Source: Chloroflexota bacterium (GTDB taxonomy: Bacteria > Chloroflexota > Dehalococcoidia > Lucifugimonadales > JADFKI01). Taken from it: a stretch of 64,000 bases of DNA. The DNA is taken from contig JAQBUT010000003.1 in assembly GCA_027623195.1 (NCBI GenBank), positions 95,066-159,065 on the forward strand, written 5' to 3'. The translations under genes were made by a program, and so were the position numbers. Below are positions 29,680-39,755 of the stretch, piece after piece. Below the pieces are notes generated by a model. The model made no database searches and was not told the DNA's origin. It was given only the letters and a program-made list of their open reading frames with translations. Position 1 is the first letter of the stretch, and every line of letters starts with the position of its first letter.

Positions 29680-29859
29680 AGTGATTTCTCCCGTTTAGTA
29701 ATGCTGATTTTGCCCAACCCGTACTTCTTACTAGTTGATATAACGTTTTCGGCTTATTGACTGTTGGCACTTTAGTGTACTTTGCGATGTCTCTCCAGAT
29801 ATAAACCATACCTGTTAATTCTAATGTTTGTTTTGCAAAGTCGCACACGTTTTGCGAAA

Positions 29860-30825
29860 TTAATCGGTTCGTAAGGGCAAACTGAGCAGAAACTCGGTAT
29901 GGTGGTCTGGGTCTGGACTGGTTGTGCTTTCGATGGTCAGGTCACCGTCGAACTTGCGGGCTAGTGTTCGAGCAATAAAAAGGCCCAGCCCTGAGCTTAC
30001 CTTTTCCTCGCGACGGGCTACCTCCGGCGTCCAGCCTCTGTCGAATAAATGGCGTTGGTACTGCTCGGAGATGCCGTCTCCGTCATCCCAAACCCTGATG
30101 AAGAAGTGGGTGGGATTTTTCGTTAGACGTACCTCCACCTGTGATTCGGCGAAACGCATGGCGTTGTCCACCAGATTGGTGATCACGTGTTCGATCGCCG
30201 AGCTGTCGGAGTAAATGAGCCCGAACTCGGAAGGCTCTGCCCACCAGACGACCTGCTTTCCAGAATCCGTAGCTATCTGCGTATAGCGGTCCACTATGCG
30301 CCGGACTACCTGCGCAGGCTCCACCGGCTGGGGCTGTGAAGGAGGGTCGGCTGCCTCCAATTGCACCAGCACCCTTATGTTAGTCATCATCAGTCGGAAG
30401 TTTGGGGCTTGCCGCTCTATCTCATCCAGCAGCGCCACTATTTCCGGGTTCGTCGTCCCTTCCGAGGCCCGTAATATGGCCCGCAACTCGCGCTCCTTGC
30501 CAAGAATACGCCGTAGTGGCCGGCCAAGGTCGTGATCAAATAGCTCAAAGTACTGCTGTGTCAACTCGCTCCAGCCAACGCTGTCTGCGTTTGACGTGTC
30601 AGGTGTTTGGCCAGCGAACCTTCGTTCGATGTAGTAGGAGCCGGCAATGGCCGCGAGGCCTGCGATGACCAGTAGCGCGCCCACGTAACTGAGCGGTTCA
30701 ACGCTCCAGACACTAGAAAAGACCCTGGCGCTGATTAGCGGAGAAAAAAGCAGGAACAGCCCGCCGCCTATTAATAGCACGAGGCCTGCGATTCGCGCCA
30801 TGCGCTCGGGACTGGCCTTAGGCAT
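29860..30825 (-). CDS. Two-TM sensor histidine kinase with atypical H-box
   Basis: ELFDHDLGRPL, NLVDNAMRF, DDGDGI, GLGLFIA. Confidence 0.88.
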   Translation of the reverse strand: MPKASPERMARIAGLVLLIGGGLFLLFSPLISARVFSSVWSVEPLSYVGALLVIAGLAAIAGSYYIERRFAGQTPDTSNADSVGWSELTQQYFELFDHDLGRPLRRILGKERELRAILRASEGTTNPEIVALLDEIERQAPNFRLMMTNIRVLVQLEAADPPSQPQPVEPAQVVRRIVDRYTQIATDSGKQVVWWAEPSEFGLIYSDSSAIEHVITNLVDNAMRFAESQVEVRLTKNPTHFFIRVWDDGDGISEQYQRHLFDRGWTPEVARREEKVSSGLGLFIARTLARKFDGDLTIESTTSPDPDHHTEFLLSLPLRTD

Positions 30826-30866
30826 GGGTATCGCCTCCCGAGGCCAAACGGAACGGGCGAGTATAG

Positions 30867-31658
30867 CTACTCAAGGTTAGGTGGCACCAGGCGATAACCT
30901 TGATCGCGGATATTTACGATGAGGTCGGAAGCGCCGAACCTGACGCCCATTTGCTTGCCAACGGCGTCCTTGATCTCCCGGATGCGCACGCGCAGTGACG
31001 CCCTTGGGTCCTCGCCTTCTGAAAAACGCATGAGCTTGCTGAAGGGTACTACCTCGCCAGGACTGCGGTACCACGTAGAAGCCAGCTCATGAAATATCTC
31101 GAACTTCATGCCCTGGATGTCCGACACAGGAATTGGCGTTTCCCCAGTTGAGGTGTACACGATTTTGGCATTGCCATCCATGGATAGGTGGTCGCCAATG
31201 TTGACCATTTCGGGGGTGGTGCCTATGAGCCTTCGCAGGCGTAGCACAACTTCCTCCGGGCTGGCCAGCTTATCAATGAAATCCACTTGGGCGTCCCACT
31301 TCAGGGTGCCCCGAACGGCTGTCTCACGGTCCGGCCCCTGCACGTACTGGGTGAACATAAGCACGGGTATGTGAGGGTGGTGCTCAACTATTTTCTGAAG
31401 AATGCCCAGGCCCTTGAACCTGTCGTCCCGGTGTTCGCCAAAGCGCACATCCAAAAGCACTCCATCTGGTTTTTGTTCCTCGATTGCGTACAGGGCTGCC
31501 ATCTCGAAGTCATCCCCGGTGACGAACTTGCCTTCGGGGGCCACAACTATGGCCAGCCAGCCCTCTTCGTCCAAGCGCCGCTCTACGCTCTTGACGATTG
31601 GTGAGTTATATTCGTCGTCCACGATTAGGATTTTTCGTTGGCTTCTGGATTGGGTCAT
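30867..31658 (-). CDS. Response regulator (REC plus OmpR-like wHTH)
   Basis: ILIVDDE, VLLDV, MFT, IDK; C-terminal 'LRVRIREIK...NIRDQGYRL'. Confidence 0.88.
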   Translation of the reverse strand: MTQSRSQRKILIVDDEYNSPIVKSVERRLDEEGWLAIVVAPEGKFVTGDDFEMAALYAIEEQKPDGVLLDVRFGEHRDDRFKGLGILQKIVEHHPHIPVLMFTQYVQGPDRETAVRGTLKWDAQVDFIDKLASPEEVVLRLRRLIGTTPEMVNIGDHLSMDGNAKIVYTSTGETPIPVSDIQGMKFEIFHELASTWYRSPGEVVPFSKLMRFSEGEDPRASLRVRIREIKDAVGKQMGVRFGASDLIVNIRDQGYRLVPPNLE

Positions 31659-31812
31659 GTCGTCCCGCCAAATAACTTAGGATTTAACCATTAAGTAGCA
31701 TTATATCCCTTTTTCTCGAATCATCCGCCAAGCTGCGCAAAGCAATGCTAATTTACGTGTCCTCGGACCTACGCGTTTAACCTCTGCTCGTTTGTTAAGC
31801 GAATCGTAAGAA

Positions 31813-32112
31813 ATGGCCACTCCTATGCGGTTTCCCTGGTGCTACCGTAGGCACGTAGCCTTCAAGGCTAAGGTTGCGCTGGCAGCTCTAAGGGGCGACC
31901 AGACGATCGCAGAGCTAGCCATCCGTTTCGAGGTTCACCCAACCCAGATACATGCCTGGAAGAAAGTACTGGTCGAGAGTTCATCTGAGCTATTTGAGTC
32001 GGGCCATAAGCCGCAAGACAAGAGCAATGAGGTTCTGGTCTCCCGGCTGTACCAACAGATCGGCCAGTTGACGGTGGAGAAGGATTTTTTGGCGGGGAGG
32101 TCAGGTCCATGA
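31813..32112 (+). CDS. IS3 transposase OrfA (N-terminus probably lost)
   Basis: [10 protein letters not shown]...[14 protein letters not shown]...[15 protein letters not shown]6 slippery site at 32085-32090. Confidence 0.8.
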   Translation: MATPMRFPWCYRRHVAFKAKVALAALRGDQTIAELAIRFEVHPTQIHAWKKVLVESSSELFESGHKPQDKSNEVLVSRLYQQIGQLTVEKDFLAGRSGP

Positions 32113-33048
32113 GTCGCGCGAGGCGCCGCAAGATAGTTGACCGTGATCACCCGAAGCTGTCTGTGGTGCGACAGTGTTATTTGCTCGGTATCAGTCGGTC
32201 ATCGATATACTCCCGTCGCGCTGAATCAGACGAGTATGACATTGAGTTGATGAGCCTGATGGACCGCCAGTACCTGGTGAGGCCATACTACGGTTCAAGG
32301 CGCATGGCGATCTGGCTGCGAACCCAAGGCCATTGTGTCAATCGCAAGCGGGTGCAACGGCTGATGCGACTGATGGGGATTGAGGCAGTCTACAGGCGTC
32401 CCAACACCAGCAAGTCATCACCACAGCACAAGGTATACCCGTACCTGCTGAGAGACATTGAGATCGATAGAGTCAATCAGGTTTGGACATCTGACATCAC
32501 ATACATCCCGATGGCTCGTGGCTTCATGTATCTTGTGGTCATCATGGACTGGTATAGTCGTTACGTGCTCTCGTGGCGGTTATCGAATACCCTGGATGCT
32601 GACTTCTGCGTGGAGGCGCTAGAGGAAGCTTTGAGCAAGAGCAGGCCCGAGATATTCAATACCGATCAGGGCAGTCAGTTCACATCTGACGCGTTCACGG
32701 GAATGTTGCTGGAGCACGACATCCAGATCAGCATGGATGGCAAGGGCCGCTACCTCGACAACATATTCGTTGAGAGGTTATGGCGGAGTGTGAAGTACGA
32801 AGAGGTCTACCTAAAAGCCTACGAAAATGTCGATGAGGCTAAATCTGGAATTGACACTTACCTCGACTTCTACAACGACGAACGGCCTCATCAATCCCTG
32901 GGCTACCAGACACCACATCAGGTGTTTGAGGACGGGAAGGTATCTGAAGAAAGGAGGGGCGCTGACCCACAGCTTGTACTTGTCTGAGACACAGCCGACT
33001 CTCTCTTAACGCGGCCTCTCGGTTGTCCACAGTATTGGGTCCACCTCA
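31850..33048 (+). mobile_element. IS3-family insertion sequence with truncated left end
   Basis: orfA/orfB pair; right end ...TGTCCACAGTATTGGGTCCACCTCA; no matching left IR upstream; left boundary approximate. Confidence 0.85.
32109..32987 (+). CDS. IS3 transposase OrfB (DDE core)
   Basis: [51 protein letters not shown] overlap with orfA. Confidence 0.95.
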   Translation: MSRARRRKIVDRDHPKLSVVRQCYLLGISRSSIYSRRAESDEYDIELMSLMDRQYLVRPYYGSRRMAIWLRTQGHCVNRKRVQRLMRLMGIEAVYRRPNTSKSSPQHKVYPYLLRDIEIDRVNQVWTSDITYIPMARGFMYLVVIMDWYSRYVLSWRLSNTLDADFCVEALEEALSKSRPEIFNTDQGSQFTSDAFTGMLLEHDIQISMDGKGRYLDNIFVERLWRSVKYEEVYLKAYENVDEAKSGIDTYLDFYNDERPHQSLGYQTPHQVFEDGKVSEERRGADPQLVLV

Positions 33049-33138
33049 TTACATCTCAGCCTACGTGGGGTTTCCGACCCCATCTCCCATTCCCACTTTT
33101 AGAGCGAGCATTACCTGTCCAACTAGGTAGGTAGCATT

Positions 33139-34548
33139 ATGCAGCAAGATCAAGCTTCAGAAGACAAATCACAACCCACTGTACGAGAACGACCTACTGC
33201 CGAGCAGGTGGCCGCGACAATCAGGGAATTGATTGAAGGGCAGCAGGCTTCGGAGGCCGTGGCAACACTTTTAGGCCAGAGACCAGCTGATCAGGCGGAC
33301 GTCGTTACCCGTCTCTCGCACGATTACCAGTTGGTTTTGCTTGCCCAGATGCAGCCTATGGACATGGGTGTGCTCATTGAAGCCCTGGGCCCTGATAGGG
33401 CAGTGGGGCTATATCGTGACATGAGCACGGAGCAGCTTTCTCAGGTTCTAGACGAGACCAGCCTGTCTGCCGCCGCCGACCTGTTGAGGGCCCTCCCCGT
33501 TGAGGTTGCTGCCAATACGCTTGAGCAGATGGAGGTTGCTGAGAGCGTCGCGCCTCTGCTGGAGTACGACGATAACGACGCCGGTGGTCTGATGACGCCG
33601 GAGTTTGTAGCCCTTCGCGACACCATGACCGTGACGCAGTCCATGACATTCATTCGCGAATGGGCTGAGCAAACTCAACGAGCGCCTGAAGACATCCATT
33701 TTATTTTCGTCGTTGATTACCGAGACGTTCTTCGGGGTGGCCTCACTCTGGGCCAGCTGGTTCTTGCGCGACCAAACCAGAGGGTAGTGCAACTCATGGA
33801 TAAGGAATTCATTTCCGTAGCCGACGATACGGACCAGGAGCAGGCCGCGCGGCTCATGGGGCGGTACCACATTCACAGCCTTCCCGTGGTCAATCCTCAA
33901 AATGTGCTGGTGGGTGTCCTGCGGATGGAAGACATGGTGGATGTCCTGGAAGACGAGGCCACCGAGGACATGTACCGCATGATCGGCGTGGACGAGGAGG
34001 AGAAGGCGCTAGGCCCCTTCTGGCGTTCCGTAAGCAGTAGGCTTCCCTGGCTTGTCGTAAATCTGGGCACCGCAATGCTGGCGGGTGCAGTCGTTACGAT
34101 GTTCCAGTCAACGATAGCCCAGGTGATCGCCCTGGCAGCATTCTTGCCCGTCATCGCAGGGCAGGGCGGCATCGCAGGCACGCAATCGCTCACGTTGATC
34201 GTTCGCTCCCTGGCACTGGGTGAGGTTAGCCCTTCAGACACCAAGAGGTTGGTTATTAAAGAGGTTAGCCTGGGCCTTGTACATGGATTGGCCCTGGGTC
34301 TGCTGGTTGGTTTAATAGCGTACATTTGGCAGGGCAACGCCTTCCTGGCGCTGGTAGTCGGCATATCCATGCTGGCCAACCTGGTTGTGGCCGGTTTTAG
34401 CGGCGTGGTAGTGCCGTTGAGCATGAGAGCCATGCGCCTGGACCCTGCGCTATCCTCCGCCGTAGCCGTAACCACTATGACCGACGTAGTGGGCTTCCTC
34501 GTTTATCTGGGTCTGGCATCTGCTTCCATCGCCTACCTGGTCGCATAG
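33139..34548 (+). CDS. mgtE: Magnesium transporter MgtE
   Basis: AGGLMTPE, CBS pair, RLPWL, GGIAGTQ, DPA.S...VTT.TDV motifs. Confidence 0.95.
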   Translation: MQQDQASEDKSQPTVRERPTAEQVAATIRELIEGQQASEAVATLLGQRPADQADVVTRLSHDYQLVLLAQMQPMDMGVLIEALGPDRAVGLYRDMSTEQLSQVLDETSLSAAADLLRALPVEVAANTLEQMEVAESVAPLLEYDDNDAGGLMTPEFVALRDTMTVTQSMTFIREWAEQTQRAPEDIHFIFVVDYRDVLRGGLTLGQLVLARPNQRVVQLMDKEFISVADDTDQEQAARLMGRYHIHSLPVVNPQNVLVGVLRMEDMVDVLEDEATEDMYRMIGVDEEEKALGPFWRSVSSRLPWLVVNLGTAMLAGAVVTMFQSTIAQVIALAAFLPVIAGQGGIAGTQSLTLIVRSLALGEVSPSDTKRLVIKEVSLGLVHGLALGLLVGLIAYIWQGNAFLALVVGISMLANLVVAGFSGVVVPLSMRAMRLDPALSSAVAVTTMTDVVGFLVYLGLASASIAYLVA

Positions 34549-34711
34549 CCCCACACCAAACAACTTTCCCTATCAGAGTTCCGTCATATCTAGCAGGGTG
34601 CCCTACGTGCGCGTAAAGTGGTAAAATGCGCATCGCTTACCTACGTAAACGTTTCGAATCCGGTCTGGACTTACGACCGGATTTGACGCACAAGAACAGG
34701 GAGACGATGCC

Positions 34712-35803
34712 ATGCTCGAAAGATTCAAGGTACCCGAAGAAGACCAGGTCAGGGTCCCCGAAGACTCTCTGAGGGAGACCGTGGCGGCTGTATTCGAGAA
34801 GATGGGGGAGGTCCCGGAGGACGCCGCTATAGGTGCTGACGTTTTGGTCCGCACAGACCTGCGTGGAGTCGAGACGCACGGGGTGTCCAATATGTTGCGC
34901 ACCTATGTGAACCAGTACAACCAGGGCACTCTCAATCCCAGGCCAAACTGGAAGATCGTGCGAGAGGCGCCGGGCACTGCTGTTATAGATGCCGACAAAG
35001 GCTTGGCGGTGATTCTAGGTCCCAAAGCCATGAATATTGCCATCGATAAGGCACGCAACGTTGGGGTGGGGTTCGTGTCGATGTTCAACGCCGGGCACTC
35101 TGGCGGCATTGGGCACCACGCTATGTTGGCGGCTGAGCAGGATATGGTTGGCATGGTTACCACTGCGGCCAGTCTCCAGGTAGTGCCGACCTTCGGCGCG
35201 GAGCCCCGCTATGGCACCAATCCCATCGCTATGGCCGCGCCAGCCAAAAATGAGCCGCCATTTCTTTACGACGCTGCAACGTCCGCCGTCGCAGGCAACA
35301 AGCTAGGTCTTGCCAGAAGGGTGGGCGCGGAAATGGAGCCTGGATGGATCACCAAGATGGACGGCACTCCCATAATGGAAGAATGGCCTGTGCCGGAGCA
35401 ACGAGGCACCTACTACCATTTGCCATTAGGAGGCACCAGAGAGTTGGGCTCCCACAAGGGCTACGGCCTGGCCCTGATGACAGAGGTGCTGGGGACCATG
35501 CTTTCGGGAGTATTGCCGAACATGGTCGATCTTTCAGGGGGCTCGAAGCATTCATTCACCGCTTACAACATCGCGGCCTTCACAGATGTTGACGAGTTCA
35601 AGGAAAAGATGGACCGCATGCTGCAGACGCTGCGGGACACCAAGCCCGCCCCCGGTCACGATCGTGTGCTCTATCCAGGCCTGTCCGAGTACGAGGAGGA
35701 GCAGGACCGTCGCGCCAACGGCATTCCGCTGCACAAAGAGGTCATCGAGTGGTTCGGCGACATTTGCGGTGAGCTTTCCATACCTATGCTGAGGACGATG
35801 TAG
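34712..35803 (+). CDS. Ldh_2-family oxidoreductase (malate/L-sulfolactate/ureidoglycolate dehydrogenase-like)
   Basis: DLRGVETHGV, GTNPIA, DAATS, HKGYGLA, LYPG motifs. Confidence 0.9.
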   Translation: MLERFKVPEEDQVRVPEDSLRETVAAVFEKMGEVPEDAAIGADVLVRTDLRGVETHGVSNMLRTYVNQYNQGTLNPRPNWKIVREAPGTAVIDADKGLAVILGPKAMNIAIDKARNVGVGFVSMFNAGHSGGIGHHAMLAAEQDMVGMVTTAASLQVVPTFGAEPRYGTNPIAMAAPAKNEPPFLYDAATSAVAGNKLGLARRVGAEMEPGWITKMDGTPIMEEWPVPEQRGTYYHLPLGGTRELGSHKGYGLALMTEVLGTMLSGVLPNMVDLSGGSKHSFTAYNIAAFTDVDEFKEKMDRMLQTLRDTKPAPGHDRVLYPGLSEYEEEQDRRANGIPLHKEVIEWFGDICGELSIPMLRTM

Positions 35804-35864
35804 TTTCCTTTGCACGTCCCCGCGAATGCAGGTATTGCAGGGCAAATGAAATCAAATAGAATAT

Positions 35865-35894
35865 GGCCCCGGCTAATGCCGGGGCCTCTTTCTT
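35865..35894. terminator. Terminator between convergent genes
   Basis: GGCCCCGGC-taat-GCCGGGGCC followed by TCTTTCTT. Confidence 0.8.
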
Positions 35895-35909
35895 GCCAGA
35901 ATTTGCGCT

Positions 35910-37223
35910 TTATTGCTCCTTGGACCTACGGCCCATGAATACTCCAAAGTACACGAGACCAGCCAGCACTACCACTGTGGCAGCTCCGACTACGATGCCC
36001 GTGACAAGTGTGTTATCCGATGTTGACGTTTGCTGGTCGCTGGCTGCTGCTTCGTTGGTTGAGCGGACGGCGCTGACAGGTGCGTTGCCCGAACCGTTAC
36101 CCCCGGAGTTGGATACGATGTTGCCCAACACAGGTATATTGGACAAGAAGCTGGATGGCTCACAATCGTATACCCCTCTCATGCCGGTCAGGTCTCTGAC
36201 CCTGGAAACGTCGGCGAGCTGCGGGTCAAAGTTGAACATGGGGTCGACGGTCATCTCGTCGGGTGATATGACCGTGTTTAGACGTGTAACGTATGCATGC
36301 CCGGCTTGAAGCTCCTGCAAAAGAGGGTGCCTGACGCTTAGTTCTTGAGTCGGTGCGGCGAATTCTGTGATGAAGCCGTGGCCGCCAAACTCGTCTGCTT
36401 TCTGGGCGATCAGCTGGCGGTAGTTGTTTCCGCCACCGAAGCCGAAGAAGACCAGCTCGTTATTTTTTATTTCTAGCTTGGCATAATTTACCGGCGTCGC
36501 CTGAGTGTCGGCATATACCCAAAGCATCACGGCCATGTTCGGGTTCGCCGCTACGGCGGTCAGGCGCAGCGGAATCATGGGGTAGGAGCCGGGATATGTG
36601 ATCTTCACCGGCTGAACGTCCTGGGAGCCCTGGTCTGGCTTTAGCTTCATGGCCAGGAAAACAAACTTCTCTTCCACGTAGATGTTTATCAGCGGCTCCA
36701 TTTCTTGGGTGACCATGTAGTTATTTTCCCGAAGCCACGTCATTAGCGCGTCGGGTTCTTCCGAACCGATAACGTCGAAGCCGTATGGCCCGACTTCACC
36801 GCTTGCGAAGACCTCGACTCCGCCGGGTGAAGCCGCCATTGGTGCAGCAAATGACGCCATTGGAGGAGGGACAACACAGTCGGGGAGCTCCGGCGGTATG
36901 AAGACGACGTCGGTTGCAATCTCCAACTCGGTGAAAGCCGCCATAGCATCCTCGGGGACCTCTACGTCGTCTACGCCGATGGGGTCTTTGATGGGCAGTA
37001 TCCACGAGAAGTTTTCAGCGGAGCCGGTGTATTGAATTTGTATCAGGGCCGACGTGGAGCCATCACTGTTCTGCGTGAAGATTATTCGCTCCGCGTTCTG
37101 GTCGATAGGGGAGTTCTGGCAGAAGAACCCACCGCATGCAGACGCTGGCTCGATGGTTGTGATCCCTACAAATGCTGCGAACACCGTCGCCAGCATAGCC
37201 GAAAGCCAGAATTTATTGTTCAT
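35910..37223 (-). CDS. DUF2330-domain secreted protein with C-terminal membrane anchor
   Basis: Signal peptide, ACGGFFC, F.WILP, MIPLRLT motifs; C-terminal TM plus basic tail. Confidence 0.85.
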   Translation of the reverse strand: MNNKFWLSAMLATVFAAFVGITTIEPASACGGFFCQNSPIDQNAERIIFTQNSDGSTSALIQIQYTGSAENFSWILPIKDPIGVDDVEVPEDAMAAFTELEIATDVVFIPPELPDCVVPPPMASFAAPMAASPGGVEVFASGEVGPYGFDVIGSEEPDALMTWLRENNYMVTQEMEPLINIYVEEKFVFLAMKLKPDQGSQDVQPVKITYPGSYPMIPLRLTAVAANPNMAVMLWVYADTQATPVNYAKLEIKNNELVFFGFGGGNNYRQLIAQKADEFGGHGFITEFAAPTQELSVRHPLLQELQAGHAYVTRLNTVISPDEMTVDPMFNFDPQLADVSRVRDLTGMRGVYDCEPSSFLSNIPVLGNIVSNSGGNGSGNAPVSAVRSTNEAAASDQQTSTSDNTLVTGIVVGAATVVVLAGLVYFGVFMGRRSKEQ

Positions 37224-37268
37224 CTCTTACGCTCCTTTCGGACATGAATAGTGGTTGTTAGAGATAAA

Positions 37269-37294
37269 GACGACGGTGGGAACCGAGAAGTTCC
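37269..37294 (-). promoter_or_regulatory. Putative ECF sigma-factor promoter of the DUF2330 gene
   Basis: Minus strand GGAAC-N17-CGTC about 45 bp upstream of the ATG. Confidence 0.55.
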
Positions 37295-37401
37295 ATTCGT
37301 GTTGTATATGGACACGTATGAGGGGGGGCAAATCTGTTGCACACAAATAATAGATGGAGTAGGCGCCCTATATATGTGAAGCGGGAAAAGGTGGGGGAAA
37401 T

Positions 37402-38544
37402 CTACCGGACGAACCGCTCCACGCGGTAAGGCTCCAGGATGTCTATGCGCGCGCCGTCCAGGACTTCGGTGGTGGCGAACTCGCCTACGAGAGGAGCCAG
37501 GCTAACGCCGCTGTGCATCGTTGCGAAGTACAGATTGGGCACCGACTTGGCGAATCCCAGTATGGGAAGGCCGTCCGCCGGCATGGGCCTCCGACCTCTA
37601 CGCACCTCTTTGATGGTCACCCGGTCCAGCGATGGCAGGTAACGTTTGGCCGCCTCGAACACCTCGCGCACCTCTTCTTCAGTCCGCCCCATGGACTCGT
37701 CGCCGCTGCCGCCATGCGAGCCGCCGTGAATCATCATGGAGCCGTTGGGAAGCTGCCTGAAGTTCATCATAGGATCGGCGTCGCGGGGCGTATGGACCGC
37801 CGCCGCCGTCTTGAATAAAGGCGATGTGGCCTCTGTAACAATCGTGGCCCCGAATGTCCAGTGGTGCTGCAACTCGATGCCTGCCGTTGCCGCCAACTCC
37901 GTGGTATCTGCGCCGGCGGCCAGCACAACGGCGTCGCACTGAATCTCGCCCGCGCTGGTGTCCAACGACTCCACCCGCGTCTGTCCTGATGGTGTCTGGG
38001 CCATCTTCACTCCCCAGGCCTTGGTGTTTGTGCGGAGGGTCACACCTGCCTGGGTTGCGCGGTCAAGGCATGCTTTGATTACTCTGGGCGGGTCCACGTG
38101 GCCGTCGATGGCCGTATACGACGCTGCGGCCACTGTGCCAGGCTCTATGTTGGGCTCCATTTCGCGGAACTCTGCTTCATCAAGGGAGCGAATGGGGTAT
38201 GCCCAGGACTGGAGTTCCTCAACACGGGCTAGCATCTCGCCCGCGCCTTCTTGAGTCGCGGCCCAACGAATCTCACCGCCCCAGGTTACTCCAACGTCGC
38301 CACCGAGCAGTCGTTCTAACCGGTTCCACATGTCCACCGAGCGCCTGTTAATATCGTGGTAGTGCCTTGGGTTCTTGTCGCGCCCGTTCATCCACGCAAA
38401 GGAAACCCGCGATGCCTGCTGGCCCGGCTCCTCTGCATCCAGCACCGTGACGTTGGCGTTGCGGAGGGACATGTTGAAGGCGATGGTTGCGCCGATAATC
38501 CCCGCGCCCACGATTACGATGTGTGGATTTTTGCTGGATGTCAC
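37402..38544 (-). CDS. FAD-dependent oxidoreductase (DAO/glycine oxidase family)
   Basis: IVGAGIIG, RPMPADGLPILG, HSGVSLAP motifs. Confidence 0.9.
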   Translation of the reverse strand: MTSSKNPHIVIVGAGIIGATIAFNMSLRNANVTVLDAEEPGQQASRVSFAWMNGRDKNPRHYHDINRRSVDMWNRLERLLGGDVGVTWGGEIRWAATQEGAGEMLARVEELQSWAYPIRSLDEAEFREMEPNIEPGTVAAASYTAIDGHVDPPRVIKACLDRATQAGVTLRTNTKAWGVKMAQTPSGQTRVESLDTSAGEIQCDAVVLAAGADTTELAATAGIELQHHWTFGATIVTEATSPLFKTAAAVHTPRDADPMMNFRQLPNGSMMIHGGSHGGSGDESMGRTEEEVREVFEAAKRYLPSLDRVTIKEVRRGRRPMPADGLPILGFAKSVPNLYFATMHSGVSLAPLVGEFATTEVLDGARIDILEPYRVERFVR

Positions 38545-39755
38545 TTCTTAGTCTCCCCATCGCCATCGGCCTTGTCTTCTTTTTCCGACTCTTCTTTGAC
38601 GCCTACGCCAATTTCAAGTATCCCGCCTTCAGAAGCTAGCATGCCAGCGTTGATACGGTTATTAAGCTCTCGAAAATTGTCTGGGCTGAGGTTCCTGTTC
38701 AGCAGGCCCGGATGGTCGGGGGCATAACGGTATGCCCTGAAGCTCCCGCTGCTAACGCCGTAGCGGCTCTCCGCGAAGAAGGGGTTAAGGTACTCCCAAA
38801 CGACCTCGCCCTCCTGGGTCACTTCAAAGTAGCGTCCGTGAGCTCCTTCGCAGATGAGGGTGTTGCCGTTGGGCAGTCGCTGGGCTCCGCTTGTGCCAAC
38901 GCTGAAGAAACCCACCAGTGGATCGGCCTGGTACTTCCAGCCAATCTCCTCGGTGGCCGGGTCAACCTCGACAATGCGCGAGTGTGAGGTGCCTCTGGCG
39001 CGATGTGGGCCGTTGTCGAATATCAGAATCTTGCCGGTATCCAGCCACGTGGGGTTGTGCTGATGGGACAGCTCTCCGTTTCCAAACTTCCACTTGAATG
39101 CGCCGGTCTTGCGGTCGACTATGGCCACGAAACTGGTCTGCCGAAAGCTCATGAGCATGTCGCCATCCGGAGTCAGGCTAAGACCGTTGGTGTGCGTCCA
39201 TTCCTTACGGTTATCCAGAGGGCAGATGATGTCCTTCTCCAGGTCCAGGTGCTCCCAGGATTTCCACTCCCAGACGATCTCTCCAGAAGGTGTGACCTCC
39301 ACAGCCTTGTCGCCCCACATAACCTCCGGGTCTTCGTCTCCAGGCCTGCCGCCCTTGACCTGCTCTGTCATGCCCTCTGGCAGGCCTTCGATAAGCAGCG
39401 TGAGGTAGTTGCCGTTGGCAAGGCGCACGAAGTCGTGGTGCATGCGCTTGTTCCGGTACTCCCACAGTGTTTTGCCGTTCCAGTCCATCTGCTTCATGGA
39501 GATGGCGGAGCCGCCTATGCGCTCGGACTCATCCAGGTACGGGGGTGGTGAGGTGTGAAGCAGCAGATTGCCGTCTTCCATAAGGACGGGGTGCTGTATG
39601 CCCTCTTCGTCATGCCACTGGTGAACGATCTGGCCATCCATGTCTATTAGGGTGGCGTGCCGTCCGCGCACCGATGCAAACAGGGTGTACCCGGGAAAGG
39701 CCTTGGCAGAATCGTGATAGGTGAGCCCCAGTTTCCGCGTTTTGGTCCAACTCAT
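38541..39755 (-). CDS. Arylsulfate sulfotransferase (ASST)-like beta-propeller, no signal peptide
   Basis: HHDF, WTHTN, HQH, FDNG, AQRLPNGNTLI motifs. Confidence 0.85.
   Translation of the reverse strand: MSWTKTRKLGLTYHDSAKAFPGYTLFASVRGRHATLIDMDGQIVHQWHDEEGIQHPVLMEDGNLLLHTSPPPYLDESERIGGSAISMKQMDWNGKTLWEYRNKRMHHDFVRLANGNYLTLLIEGLPEGMTEQVKGGRPGDEDPEVMWGDKAVEVTPSGEIVWEWKSWEHLDLEKDIICPLDNRKEWTHTNGLSLTPDGDMLMSFRQTSFVAIVDRKTGAFKWKFGNGELSHQHNPTWLDTGKILIFDNGPHRARGTSHSRIVEVDPATEEIGWKYQADPLVGFFSVGTSGAQRLPNGNTLICEGAHGRYFEVTQEGEVVWEYLNPFFAESRYGVSSGSFRAYRYAPDHPGLLNRNLSPDNFRELNNRINAGMLASEGGILEIGVGVKEESEKEDKADGDGETKK

Noticed and set aside
37280..37293. GAAC...GTTC palindrome as a LexA box
   Set aside because: Spacer is 6 nt rather than 4; better explained as part of an ECF promoter
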